A DNA stretch of 63,583 nucleotides, counting the filler, from Welwitschia mirabilis (lineage: Eukaryota), in the NCBI GenBank assembly GCA_051453625.1. It is 7 parts of one record of this genome, joined end to end, with 100 filler letters (N's around TTAATTAATTAA, not from the genome) between each part and the next. Parts side by side here need not be neighbours in the genome. Positions count along the whole stretch, not along the records: positions 1 to 5,931 come from JBOZIK010000001.1; positions 6,032 to 18,589 come from JBOZIK010000001.1; 5 more parts are not named here. One strand, written 5' to 3'. The notes beneath the pieces are model-generated. The model was not told the origin of the DNA, did no database searches, and saw only the letters and a list, made by a program, of their open reading frames with translations. Shown piece after piece: positions 1-11,900 of the stretch; the stretch's first letter is position 1, and each line of letters opens with the position of its first letter. The position numbers were made by a program, and so were the translations under genes.

Positions 1-2539
1 CAAGGAGTAATGGTAACCATAAACATGCGACAAAAAAAATAAGTAGGTTTTATACCTAAAAGGCAAAAACTCTGGTATAGCTCTATTTGTTTACACCTTA
101 AAGCCCCTATACCATAGCAATGCAAATTCTAGGAGCTTATGCTTTTAGGCAAATCGGTAACACATATTAAATTCAAATTACAAAGCATATATTTCTGTGC
201 ATATAATATCCACTTTAGGCCTTTAAAATTCAAGCATGTCTAGTCTATCATACNNNNNNNNNNNNNNNNNNNNNNNNNNNNNNNNNNNNNNNNNNNNNNN
301 NNNNNNNNNNNNNNNNNNNNNNNNNNNNNNNNNNNNNNNNNNNNNNNNNNNNNNNNNNNNNNNNNNNNNNNNNNNNNNNNNNNNNNNNNNNNNNNNNNNN
401 NNNNNNNNNNNNNNNNNNNNNNNNNNNNNNNNNNNNNNNNNNNNNNNNNNNNNNNNNNNNNNNNNNNNNNNNNNNNNNNNNNNNNNNNNNNNNNNNNNNN
501 NNNNNNNNNNNNNNNNNNNNNNNNNNNNNNNNNNNNNNNNNNNNNNNNNNNNNNNNNNNNNNNNNNNNNNNNNNNNNNNNNNNNNNNNNNNNNNNNNNNN
601 NNNNNNNNNNNNNNNNNNNNNNNNNNNNNNNNNNNNNNNNNNNNNNNNNNNNNNNNNNNNNNNNNNNNNNNNNNNNNNNNNNNNNNNNNNNNNNNNNNNN
701 NNNNNNNNNNNNNNNNNNNNNNNNNNNNNNNNNNNNNNNNNNNNNNNNNNNNNNNNNNNNNNNNNNNNNNNNNNNNNNNNNNNNNNNNNNNNNNNNNNNN
801 NNNNNNNNNNNNNNNNNNNNNNNNNNNNNNNNNNNNNNNNNNNNNNNNNNNNNNNNNNNNNNNNNNNNNNNNNNNNNNNNNNNNNNNNNNNNNNNNNNNN
901 NNNNNNNNNNNNNNNNNNNNNNNNNNNNNNNNNNNNNNNNNNNNNNNNNNNNNNNNNNNNNNNNNNNNNNNNNNNNNNNNNNNNNNNNNNNNNNNNNNNN
1001 NNNNNNNNNNNNNNNNNNNNNNNNNNNNNNNNNNNNNNNNNNNNNNNNNNNNNNNNNNNNNNNNNNNNNNNNNNNNNNNNNNNNNNNNNNNNNNNNNNNN
1101 NNNNNNNAAAAAAAAAAAAAAAAAAAAAAAAAAACGACAAAAAAAAATCATCAATCGAACCAAGTAGTCAGTGACATAGCTAAGCAGAAAAGCTCCATTT
1201 AGTGATGGCATAGGCAATGCAAATGATGCCAGAAGATATCGAAAGAGCGTCAATAGCAAGTAAATCCAGCATTCCACATAGCATTGATATTTGAGGAAAG
1301 CTTCAAGAAAAAGTCTATTTCCTCTCCCTTTTTGTCTAGCAAAGATTCTTTAAAAAGGGTTCATAAAGGCTTACTGGCAACTCTTTTATGGTATATGTTT
1401 TTGGCTGAAAAGTTAATCTATTAGTCCAATGTCATTTTTCATGATTACCAATGCAGCCTTACAACAATGGTCANNNNNNNNNNNNNNNNNNNNNNNNNNN
1501 NNNNNNNNNNNNNNNNNNNNNNNNNNNNNNNNNNNNNNNNNNNNNNNNNNNNNNNNNNNNNNNNNNNNNNNNNGTCATGGGCCAATGCATTCATGCCCAT
1601 TCATCCCCGCTTGGCATCTACATGCATCACCTTGGTTAATGCCTTCTTTAACGTTTTTAGAGGTATTTCTTTCCTTTCTTTAAAGAAATCCATTTATAGC
1701 TTCCGCATTTCTTTATTTTGTAATTGTCAGCAAATGACCTTCCCTTACAAAAAGAGTGAAAACTATTAGTCGTAACACCTGTGAGTCTGAACCGCTTCAA
1801 AACTGCTTGCTTCAAGAGAGCTGTAATTTCATCATTATCTACATCCATTATGCAGACATGATGAAAAGATCTACTATGTACTCATTGTCGACANNNNNNN
1901 NNNNNNNNNNNNNNNNNNNNNNNNNNNNNNNNNNNNNNNNNNNNNNNNNNNNNNNNNNNNNNNNNNNNNNNNNNNNNNNNNNNNNNNNNNNNNCTTAAAA
2001 TCAAACCAAAGCTATAACCTAGCATATCCCAAAGGAGCCTATACGCAAACAACAATTTGAAAAAAAAAAAAGAAGAAGACGTGGATATACGTGGAGAACA
2101 AAATACATAACTAGCAAATAATGAAGAAAATATTTCAAGGCTACATACAAATAGGATTCTAGTCAACACAAATTTTATTGAATATTGAATAGTGTTTGCA
2201 TCATGAAATCACACTATTTCTATTATCTCAAGCATTCCATTCTCATTCTCTTGCTGAGGTTTGAGCAACTCCCCATTGCCTTGTGATAAAATTTAATAAT
2301 AAGGATTTGCCAATGTTTTGATCGACTAGCAAAAAGCTATCTCTGGAAGTTGAGCCGGTGGAAAAGAGTATGTATTATTTGCAGAAGCATAAAGCTTTAA
2401 TTTGTTTCGAATACATTTTCTTCCATCTTCTGGCTAACCTCACTTTCAGAAAAGGGAACATTATCAAGAGGCGTAGAAATCTTAGTATTAAAACCTACAT
2501 CCCTCCACTCTCTTAACCTTCTTCACTGGAAGAGACTAC

Positions 2540-3230
2540 GCCAGAACGGTAGAAGGAAAAAAACATCTGAGACGTCATCAAAGGCCAAAATAATCTGAGC
2601 ATCCAAATTAAAAAAAAACGCGTTGTTTAGGGAATGTACCAAAATCCGGGGAAAGTTACACGTCGCAAGTAGAATGAGAATGAATCAAGCAAGAATCGTT
2701 CCAAAAATCCCTCAATGTTGATCTGGATCCTATGTTTCAGAGTCTTCATCATAATGATTCATCCAAAGAAGACGCCATAGAATAAGGAAGGACAATCTCA
2801 AAGAGAAAAACGCAAGAGCGGATCATCGACACAAGAACGGCAAAGAAAAACGCCATCAAAGGGGAGAAAACAAAAAAAAAAAAAAAAAGGGCCAGCAACG
2901 CAATAGAGCAACAGAGGAATAAAAGAAATAGAAGAAAGGAGGCGGCATTGCAAATGAACGCTCAGAGGAGAGAGACGGGATGAGGTGAGACACCAAAACC
3001 GAAAGTGAAGTGCAAGAGAGAAGGGCAGACGACGCCGGAACAACGCATTGATACAGAACACCAAGACGCCATCAGAAGATCTGAGTAGACGCGGCGCATC
3101 ACAGAAACGCGAAGTGCACCAAAGTGAGGCAGTCAACAACGTAGCGCGCAGGACGACAGGAGGCATCATCAAAAGACACATAAACAGATTTGGGACGTGC
3201 ATCAAAGTGGGGACTCAGGTTTTCTTTTAG
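2540..3230. promoter_or_regulatory. CpG-retaining GC-richer island (possible promoter/5'UTR of a minus-strand transcript, or a young TE end)
   Basis: Many intact CG dinucleotides (gacgcc, cgcggcgc, gtagcgcgc) in an otherwise CpG-depleted window. The minus strand is strongly CT-rich, like a plant 5'UTR. No recognisable protein. Confidence 0.4.
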
Positions 3231-5169
3231 TTTCTTTAAAAAAAATTTTGTGACTTCTCATTTTTTTATGTCAAAAAAAATCTCTCTATTTCATTAAGCA
3301 AAAATTGGAAATTGTACTCTCATAGAAACTTTTTTTTATTGATTATTTTATTTTTTAAATAAAAAAATTTTAAAAAAAGTTCAGTTAATCTTTTAAACAA
3401 AATTTTTTTTCTTTTTTTTCCTTATAAATTTGAAATTGTGATTCAATATATTAGGTGTATGTTTTATTTTTTCATTTAGATTTTCATAAATTATAATTTT
3501 TAGTATACAATATATTTCGAATTGTTTAAAAAATATATATAAAAAAATTGTTTCACAAAAAAAAAAAATAAAAAAACCTTCTAATTTTCTTTTATTACGA
3601 AATCGAAAACTTAATTAATGTTGTGAAAAAATTTAGCAACACCATCTTTAGCAAGATTTTCCACAAAATAAGCCCTTTTGTAAAGGCATTTAATGTATTA
3701 ATTTGACTGTTTTTCCACAAAAGCTAATATTTAAGCATAAATGTTTTTCATAGTACTTAAAGAGCTTGTAAAGAATCATGTGGATTAATTGATTAGAAAA
3801 ATACTTTTATGCATTTAAATATCCTTACTTATGTTTATCCTTGATGGCTGTTATTTTCATCTACTCTAATTTCTTCCATGGATTTTAGGTTATCAACTCA
3901 TTTATATTAGAAAGATGTTATATTTCTTAATTTTGTAAGGTTAATAGGTCAATAGATTTCCTAGGAATAATTAAAAACTTTTGATAGTGCTTCTTCCATC
4001 ATGTAGCATTTTTTTTTTTTTAGAATCCAAAATTTTCTTCTTCAAGAAGTGAATTTAGACAATGACAAAGAATATTTATTTAAGGTTATCAAGTGGAATA
4101 GTAACTTAGTAATTTTTACATATAAACCTTTTACATTTTGTAGTTAATTCATAGTCCATTTGCTTTTGTTTCTTGTTATTACATATACTTTAACATAAAT
4201 AAGAACATGATCATTTCTAGTAAATGCCTTTAGAAAAATTTGGAAACTTGTAGTACTTCCAAATGTTAAGTATTTTCTTTTGTATTTTCTTTATCAATTT
4301 TATTTATTGATACCAAAATTTAGTAGATGGGTATTTTAAAGCTAGTATGCCCTTAGTTTAATGTGCCTAAAATTTTTAATCATGTTTTCTAGCAATACTC
4401 TTATACTACAAACAAATATATTTCAATATGCAAAATTTAAAAAATTTAGTATTCTTTAGCTTTCATCCAAATAGTACTACTCATCTCTAATTTCTTTAGA
4501 GATTTGTTCATCTTATTAATTTATATCAAATTTGCAAGTGCAGATGCAATCTAGCATTTCATAGGATCAAGTATTTCCCTTTCCATCATTTGATTATTTA
4601 GGAAAAAACTATTATTTTTGAAACATTTGACTTCAACTTTAAACTCAAGGGTAGAAGGCCTAACTTAAGGTTAGTTACCTTATATAATTTATTAAGCATT
4701 GGTCAATGGATCATACTTGGTCATCACTTTCTTTTAGTTAGTTATTGTCACAAAATTATAAATTAAAAATTTCATATAATGTCTTTTCTTTAAGTTCTAT
4801 TTAGCTTTATCTTTATTTTAGTCATACTAGTAGTTTTGTATTTAGGTCATGACGCATTGTTTTTTAGGTTTTAAAAGCATACTTATGGTTTAATTCATGG
4901 TGCCTTAATTTTCAACTCTTATAATGAAAATATGTTTTGGGGATTAACATTCTAAAGTAGTTATATGAGTTTAAAATCTAACTAAAGATGAAAATAAATA
5001 AAAATAATATTATAAGAAATAAGTGTTACTACTAAATATTTAATAAAGTATATAATTTACAAGATGGCTTACTAAACTAATTATATTGTCCTTAGTGACT
5101 CTTTTATTTTAGATATATAAACTTGGATAATCATATATGATTAATTTCATTAATTTAGAGTAGTATTAA

Positions 5170-5931
5170 TAATGAAATAGAACTTCTTCCAAATCTTGAT
5201 AGTAAATTGTCTTGTCTATTTGATAAAACATATGAAGGAATCGAAAGGTTAACTTTAATGAAGCTAGTAGATGTAGATTAATTAAATTGAAAAAACATTA
5301 AAGTGGATAGACTACTTTCTCAAAAAGAAGCTAAGGATAAAACTCAACCTTGCATTAGAATTTGGATTAGAAGTAGAAACATATATTAACATGACAACTA
5401 TATTATTTAAAAAGTAAATAAATCAATTTTAAATAAAATTAGTTTAGTTAATTATTAATCCTTTTGTAAAACTCCTCAAAACTATCATTAAAGTAAAGAT
5501 TGGTAGTTGCATAGAGGAAAATAGACTTCATGGTATTTGTCAAGAAGATTATTGCTAATATCATTCTATAGTGGATTATTTTTTTCACCTTTAAGCATCT
5601 TATTTATCAAGATAAAATAGACATTGATTTATTTATTTATTTAACCTCTCTAAAGCATTTGATTTGACTACTAGAAATAAAAATTAATAATTATTATATA
5701 ATATTGAAATTTTAGCCAACTTTATAATTTGTAAGTTACAAGCTATATAAAGATGCAGATATGTAGCGTAAAACAAAAAAGAAAAAAAATCTTAGTAAAG
5801 AATAATGCTTCATAAATCTATTGATGTTAAGCACTATTGCCCTCTTTTTTCTACATTGTTAAAGATTTCTAGTGATGAATTAAAGGTTTGAATAAATAAA
5901 AACTCTCCTAATCATTTAATAAAAATAGGGA
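5170..5931 (+). pseudogene. Degenerate non-LTR retrotransposon (LINE type 1) reverse transcriptase fragment, copy A
   Basis: Manual translation through stops and frameshifts gives YHSIVDYFF..KHLI, LSKAFD and IDVKHYCPLFSTL, matching RT motifs HSTxDHxFTL, DxxKAFD and GVKQGCPLSPTLF. Confidence 0.7.
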
Positions 5932-6369
5932 NNNNNNNNNNNNNNNNNNNNNNNNNNNNNNNNNNNNNNNNNNNNTTAATTAATTAANNNNNNNNNNNNN
6001 NNNNNNNNNNNNNNNNNNNNNNNNNNNNNNNCATGTTCTAATTCTATTGAATTTGCATTACAAAATCCTCTTGGTTCTTCATCAATTATTTACAACTCAA
6101 GTCTTAATTTCTTATATTTAATAATATATTTTATTGAAATACATTTCCAAGAACTGAATTCATAACTATAAAGCATTATAAGAGATATTCTATCGCTAGG
6201 ATACAACATACGTCATTTCTATCTATTTCATTATCCTAAATGTTAAATTTAGTGATTCTACATTAGATTTCATATGTAGAGTGAGTGTGATTCTATTCAT
6301 TGCATAGTTTATATATCTAAGATCTCATATTGATCAAATAGATTAACTACCTAATCAACTATTGATACG

Positions 6370-7232
6370 GCTTTAAGTTGCATGGCTCTAAGTCTTAAGG
6401 TTTTGATGTTATTTCAAAATTCATTAGAATGATTTTTATCTTATAGTTTTTAAATTTCACTTATCTACTAGTTTTAGGAAGTATTTCTCTTAGTGCGTAA
6501 TTAAAATTTATTTTTAATTCATGTTTGAAATCCTAGAAATTTTTCTAATAGTTATAAATCTAACATTTATTCTTCATTTTTCACATTAAAAACTTTTATT
6601 TGAAAAGAGAAGCATTTTGTAGTAGATTTGGTTTATGCAATCATAAATGGAGAGTCATCACTTATGTTTATCTCTAATATAATATGTGTAAGGATTACAA
6701 ATATAGTTTAAAATATAAATATAGGTTTTTAGTCCTTATCCATCTTATTACAGGAAGAATTCCACAATGTTGTAATGTTATATCTTATATACTACAATAT
6801 TGATCGGGGAATATTTGCAGTGGGTAAAAGATATTAATAAAAAATGTTCTTTCTATCAAGTTGGATTATGCTNNNNNNNNNNNNNNNNNNNNNNNNNNNN
6901 NNNNNNNNNNNNNNNNNNNNNNNNNNNNNNNNNNNNNNNNNNNNNNNNNNNNNNNNNNNNNNNNNNNNNNNNGAATGTTTGCAGTGGGCAAAAGATATTA
7001 ATAAAAAATGTTCTTTCTATCAAGTTGGATTATGCTAAGATTTACAATCCAATTAAGTTGGATTTCATTCTTCAAGTTTTGCCTAAGTATGTCTTTGATC
7101 CTAAATTACTTCATATGGTTAGCTATTTATCTATGATGCTAATGCTTAAATGGCTATAAATTTTAGTGCTAGTTCTTCTTTACTGTTCATTATGAGTGAG
7201 GCAAGATCATCCTTTACTGCCTTATCTATTAT
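6370..7232 (+). pseudogene. Degenerate LINE (type 2, L1/Tx1-like) reverse transcriptase fragment
   Basis: KWRVIT (cf. NWRPITL), YILYTTILIGEYLQWVKD, IKLDYAKIYNPIKLDFILQVLPKYVFDPKLLHMV (cf. KLDFxKAYDxVxWxFL..GFGP) and VRQDHPLLPYL (cf. VRQGxPLSPYLF) occur in the expected order. Confidence 0.75.
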
Positions 7233-9498
7233 GTATCCTAGAAAATTTTCTTTTTGATTAGATTCAATAGAATATTTAGAGTAATGCTACAAAGTGTATT
7301 ATTCTCTTTGATCTTAAAAATCAGATTCTCAGTACATATTTTTCCTAACGATTTCTTCTTTTTGGTCAATAATGATTCTATTAATACTAATCAACTTTTA
7401 TACTAAACTAATAATAATTTATATCTTTTAATATGTTTTATTAGTTAGTTAAAACCATTTTTCTATAATGTTACATGAAATTATTAAAATTTATTAGATA
7501 AGAGTTGAAAGTTAGTGTAAGATTAAGACATTCTTAAGATTTTAGCTATTTCTTTTAGTTTTCAAGTTTTTTCTTCTTTCCTTTGGGATTAGGCTCTTCT
7601 TGGAGTTTAGAAAAATATTAAAAATGGAAAACAAGATCTCTTATCCTAGTAGACAAGATCCTAGTTTATAAGACTATTCTAGTTTTTACTCATGCTTATT
7701 ATTCCCCTTGTTAGGCACTTTCTTAGATGAAATCTAAAAATTCTTAAAAAAGGATTCATTGTAAAGCATGGATATAACTACTTCACTTAAGAATTGAGGT
7801 AGTTTAGGTTGTGTGAATTTTTTAATCATGGTCTTACATTAGTGAACTAGTAGCTTTTCTAGAATCTAGATTCTTAGAATATTACTAGGAAATTATTATA
7901 GCTCCATATTTGCTAAATTTTCCATAAAATAATCCCTTTTGTGTAGGCATTTAATGTATTAATTCGATTGTCTTTCCACAAAAGCTAATATTTAAGCATA
8001 AATGTTTTTCATAGTATTTAAAGAGCTTAAAAAGAATCATGTGGATTAATTNNNNNNNNNNNNNNNNNNNNNNNNNNNNNNNNNNNNNNNNNNNNNNNNN
8101 NNNNNNNNNNNNNNNNNNNNNNNNNNNNNNNNNNNNNNNNNNNNNNNNNNNTGTAAATTTTTTAATCATGGTCTTACGTTGATGAACTAGTAGCTTTTCT
8201 AGAATCTAGATTCTTGAAATATTAGTAGGAAATTATTATAGCTCCATATTTACAAGATTTTCCATAAAATAAGACCTTTTGTGTAGGCATTTAATGTATT
8301 AATTCAATTGTCTTTCCACAAAAAGATAATATTTAAGCATAAATGTTTTTCATAGTATTTAAAGAGCTTGAAAAGAATCATGTGGATTAATTGATTAGGA
8401 AAATACTTTTATGCATTTAAATATTCTTACTTATGTTTNNNNNNNNNNNNNNNNNNNNNNNNNNNNNNNNNNNNNNNNNNNNGATGTTGGGTTATCAACT
8501 TATTTATATTAGAAAGATGTTATATTTCTTAATTTTATAAGGTTAACAAGTCAATAGATTTCCTAGGAATAATTAAAAACTTTTGATAGTGTTTCTTCCA
8601 TTATGTAGCATTTTGTTTTTAGAATCCAAAATTTTCTTCTTCAAGAAGTGAATTTAGACAATGACAAAGTATGTTTATTTAATATTATCAAGTGTAATAG
8701 TAACTTAGTAATTTTTGCATATAAACCTTTAATTTTTTGTAGTTAAGTCCTAGTCCATGTGCCTTTGTTTCTTGTTACATACTTTAGCATAAATAAGAAC
8801 ATGACCATTTNNNNNNNNNNNNNNNNNNNNNNNNNNNNNNNNNNNNNNNNNNNNNNNNNNNNNNNNNNNNNNNNNNNNNNNNNNNNNNNNNNNNNNNNNN
8901 NNNNNNNNNNAACTTATTTATATTAGAAAGATGTTATATTTCTTAATTTTATAAGGTTAACAGGTCAATAGATTTCCTAGGAATAATTAAAAACTTTTGA
9001 TAGTGTTTCTTCCATCATGTAGCATTTTGTTTTTAGAATCCAAAATTTTCTTCTTCAAGAAGTGAATTTAGACAATGACAAAGAATGTTTATTTAAGATT
9101 ATCAAGTGGAATAGTAACTTAGTAATTTTTGCATATAAACCTTTTATTTTTTGTAGTTAATTCATAGTCCATTTGCTTTTGTTTCTTGTTACGTACTTTA
9201 GCATAAATAAGAACATGACCATTTCTAGTAAATGCCTTTAGAAAAATTTGGAAACTTCTAGTATTTCCAAATGTTAAGTATTTTCTTTATCAATTTTATT
9301 TATTAATACCAAAATTTAGCAGATAGGTATTTTTAAGCTAGTATGCCCTTAGTTTAATATGCCTAAAAGATTTAATCATGTTTTCTAATAATACCCTTAT
9401 ACTAGAAACAAATATATTTCGATATGCAAAATACTCTAGAACATTTAACTTTTAAAAAATTTAGTATTCTTTAGCTTTCATCAAAATAGCACTACTCA

Positions 9499-11900
9499 AA
9501 ACTATCATTAAGGTAAAGATTTGTAGTTGCATAGAGGAAAATAAACTTTATGATATTTGTCAAGAGGATTATTGCTAATATCATTCCATAGCGGATTATT
9601 TTTTCACCTTAAAGCATATCATTTATCTAGATAAAATAGACATTTATTTTTTTAAACCTCTTTAAAGCATTTGATTTAAGTGTCAAAATAAAAATTAATA
9701 ATTATTATATAATATTGAAGTTTTAGCAAACTTTATAATTTGTAAGTTACAAGCTACATAAAGAGGCAAATATGTAGCTTAAAACAAAAAAGGAAAAAAT
9801 TCTTAGTAAAGAATAATGCTTCATAAATCTATTGATGTTAAACAATACTTCCCTCTTTTTTCTACATTTTTTAAGATTTCTAGTGATGAACTAAAAGTTT
9901 GAATAAATAAAAACTCTCCTAATCATTTAATAAAAATAGGAAATTATCCCATAAATCATTTATTCTTTGTATATGATATTGGAATAATTTTTAAAATAAA
10001 GTTACATATTTTAGATAAATTTTACCAATTGTCTATAATTAAGACTAATAAGAAAATCAAAGTTATGATTTGCAACATGTGTGATACTAATTTTCCTTTT
10101 CAAATTTGAAATGAACATGTAGAAAATATTTTTCTTATGTAAATACTCAAGATTAAAATGGTTATTAAAATTAGAAATTTTTTTAGTGTATTATTAAAAT
10201 GTTCATTGAAGGTATGAAGGCCTTATTGCCTTAACAAAAAGAATAATGAAGATAATTTTTTATAACATTATTAAACTAACAATTTTATAAGTCATGTCAT
10301 TTAGAACCTTAGATTAAAAGATAAACATTATAAGAAAACAAATAAAGTTCATAAATAGCTTTCATTAGAATAATTTAAGATAAAACACTAGATAAAGTAT
10401 GATACATAGTACTTAAAGTTGAATTGATTCTTTATAAGTAAAGGATGTCTATTAATATATAGCTTTTGTTTCATAATCTCTTAAATTTTAGTGTTGATAA
10501 ATTTCCTAAAAGCATGTTCCACGTAACTTAAATAAAATATTAGTTTTATCAAGAAAATATTTAGATTCAAAAATGAGTAATTTAGTTTAAATAGTCTAAT
10601 TATAAACCTATATAATTTCAAAGAGCTATTAAAGAAAAATCACTTTAAAGAACTTGAAAAAAACATAAAATAAAAGACGTAATTTTTATTTTAAGAGTAT
10701 TATTGAAGGAACCTCTATGAAGGTAAGTTATTTAATTACTAATAATCATTGTTTATTATTTTATATTAGTAGGATAATAATGAGATCTAATTTTTGTAGG
10801 ATTAAAATAAGCATATTTTCTCAAGTATCTCAANNNNNNNNNNNNNNNNNNNNNNNNNNNNNNNNNNNNNNNNNNNNNNNNNNNNNNNNNNNNNNNNNNN
10901 NNNNNNNNNNNNNNNNNNNNNNNNNNNNNNNNNTGATGAACTAAAAGTTTGAATAAATAAAAACTCTCCTAATCATTAAATAAAAATAGGGAATTATATC
11001 ATAAATCATTTATTCTTTGTAGATGATATTGGAATAACTATTAAAATAAAGTTACATATTTTAGATCAATTTTACCAATTGTCTATAATTAAGACTAATA
11101 AGAAAATCAAAGTTATGATTTGCAACATTTGTAATACTAATTTTTCTTTTCAAATTTAAAATGGACATGTGGAAAATATTTCTTGTGTAAATACTTAAGC
11201 TTAAAATGGTTATTAAAATTAGAAATGTTTTTAGTATATTATTAAAATGTTCGTTAAAGGTATGAAGGCCTTATTACCTTAACAAAAACATAATGAAGAT
11301 AATTTTTTATATTATTATTAAATGAATAATTTTATAAGTCATGTCATTTAAAACTTAGATTAAAAGATAAACATTATAAGAAAACAAATAAAGTTCATAA
11401 ATAGCTCTCATTAAAATAATTTAAGATAAAACACTAGATAAAGTATGATAAATAGTACTTAAAGTTGAATTGATGCCTTTATAAGTAAAGGATGTCTATC
11501 AATATATAGCTTATGTTTGATAATCTCTTAAATTTTAGTGTTGATAAACTTTCTAAAAGCATGTTCCATGTAACTTAAACAAAATATTAGTTTTATTAAG
11601 AAAATATTTAGATTCAAAAATGAATAATTTAGTTAAAATATTCTAATTATAAACCTATATAATTTCAAAGAGCTATGAAAGAAAAATCACTTTAAAGAAC
11701 TTGAAAAAAAACATAAAAGAAAAGAAGTAATTCTTATTTTAAGAGCATTACTGAAGGAATCTCTATGAAGGTAAGCTATTTAATTACTAATAATCATTAT
11801 CTATTATTTTGTATTAGTAGGATAATAATGAGATCTCGATTTTGTAGGATTAAAATAAGCATATTTTCTCAAGTATCTCAAAAAGAAAGAATGTGTTTAC
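9499..11900 (+). pseudogene. Degenerate LINE type 1 RT, second unit copy (9884-10833 is duplicated at 10934-11881 across a gap)
   Basis: CQEDYC*YHSIADYFFTLKHII, FLNLFKAFD, SIDVKQYFPLFSTFF, NHLFFV(D/Y)DI (catalytic xADD site), then ILDKFYQLS..KIKVMI. Confidence 0.75.

Noticed and set aside
223..1277. Long ORFs in the ORF track made mostly of X (also at 16.5, 24.3, 26.2, 40.8 and 49.5 kb)
   Set aside because: They are open only because they run through N gaps.
1657..1848. MDVDNDEITALLKQAVLKRFRLTG as a possible exon
   Set aside because: Weak donor site, no recognisable homology and no partner exons identified.
2798..3205. 135-aa minus-strand ORF
   Set aside because: Low-complexity L/F/S/C composition arising from CT-rich sequence and a poly-T run; no recognisable domain.
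5932..6031. Recurring palindrome TTAATTAATTAA (also at 18634, 25873, 39669, 48530 and 57406)
   Set aside because: Always centred in exactly 44 N + 12 + 44 N and gives stops in all six frames: an artificial scaffold linker, not biology.
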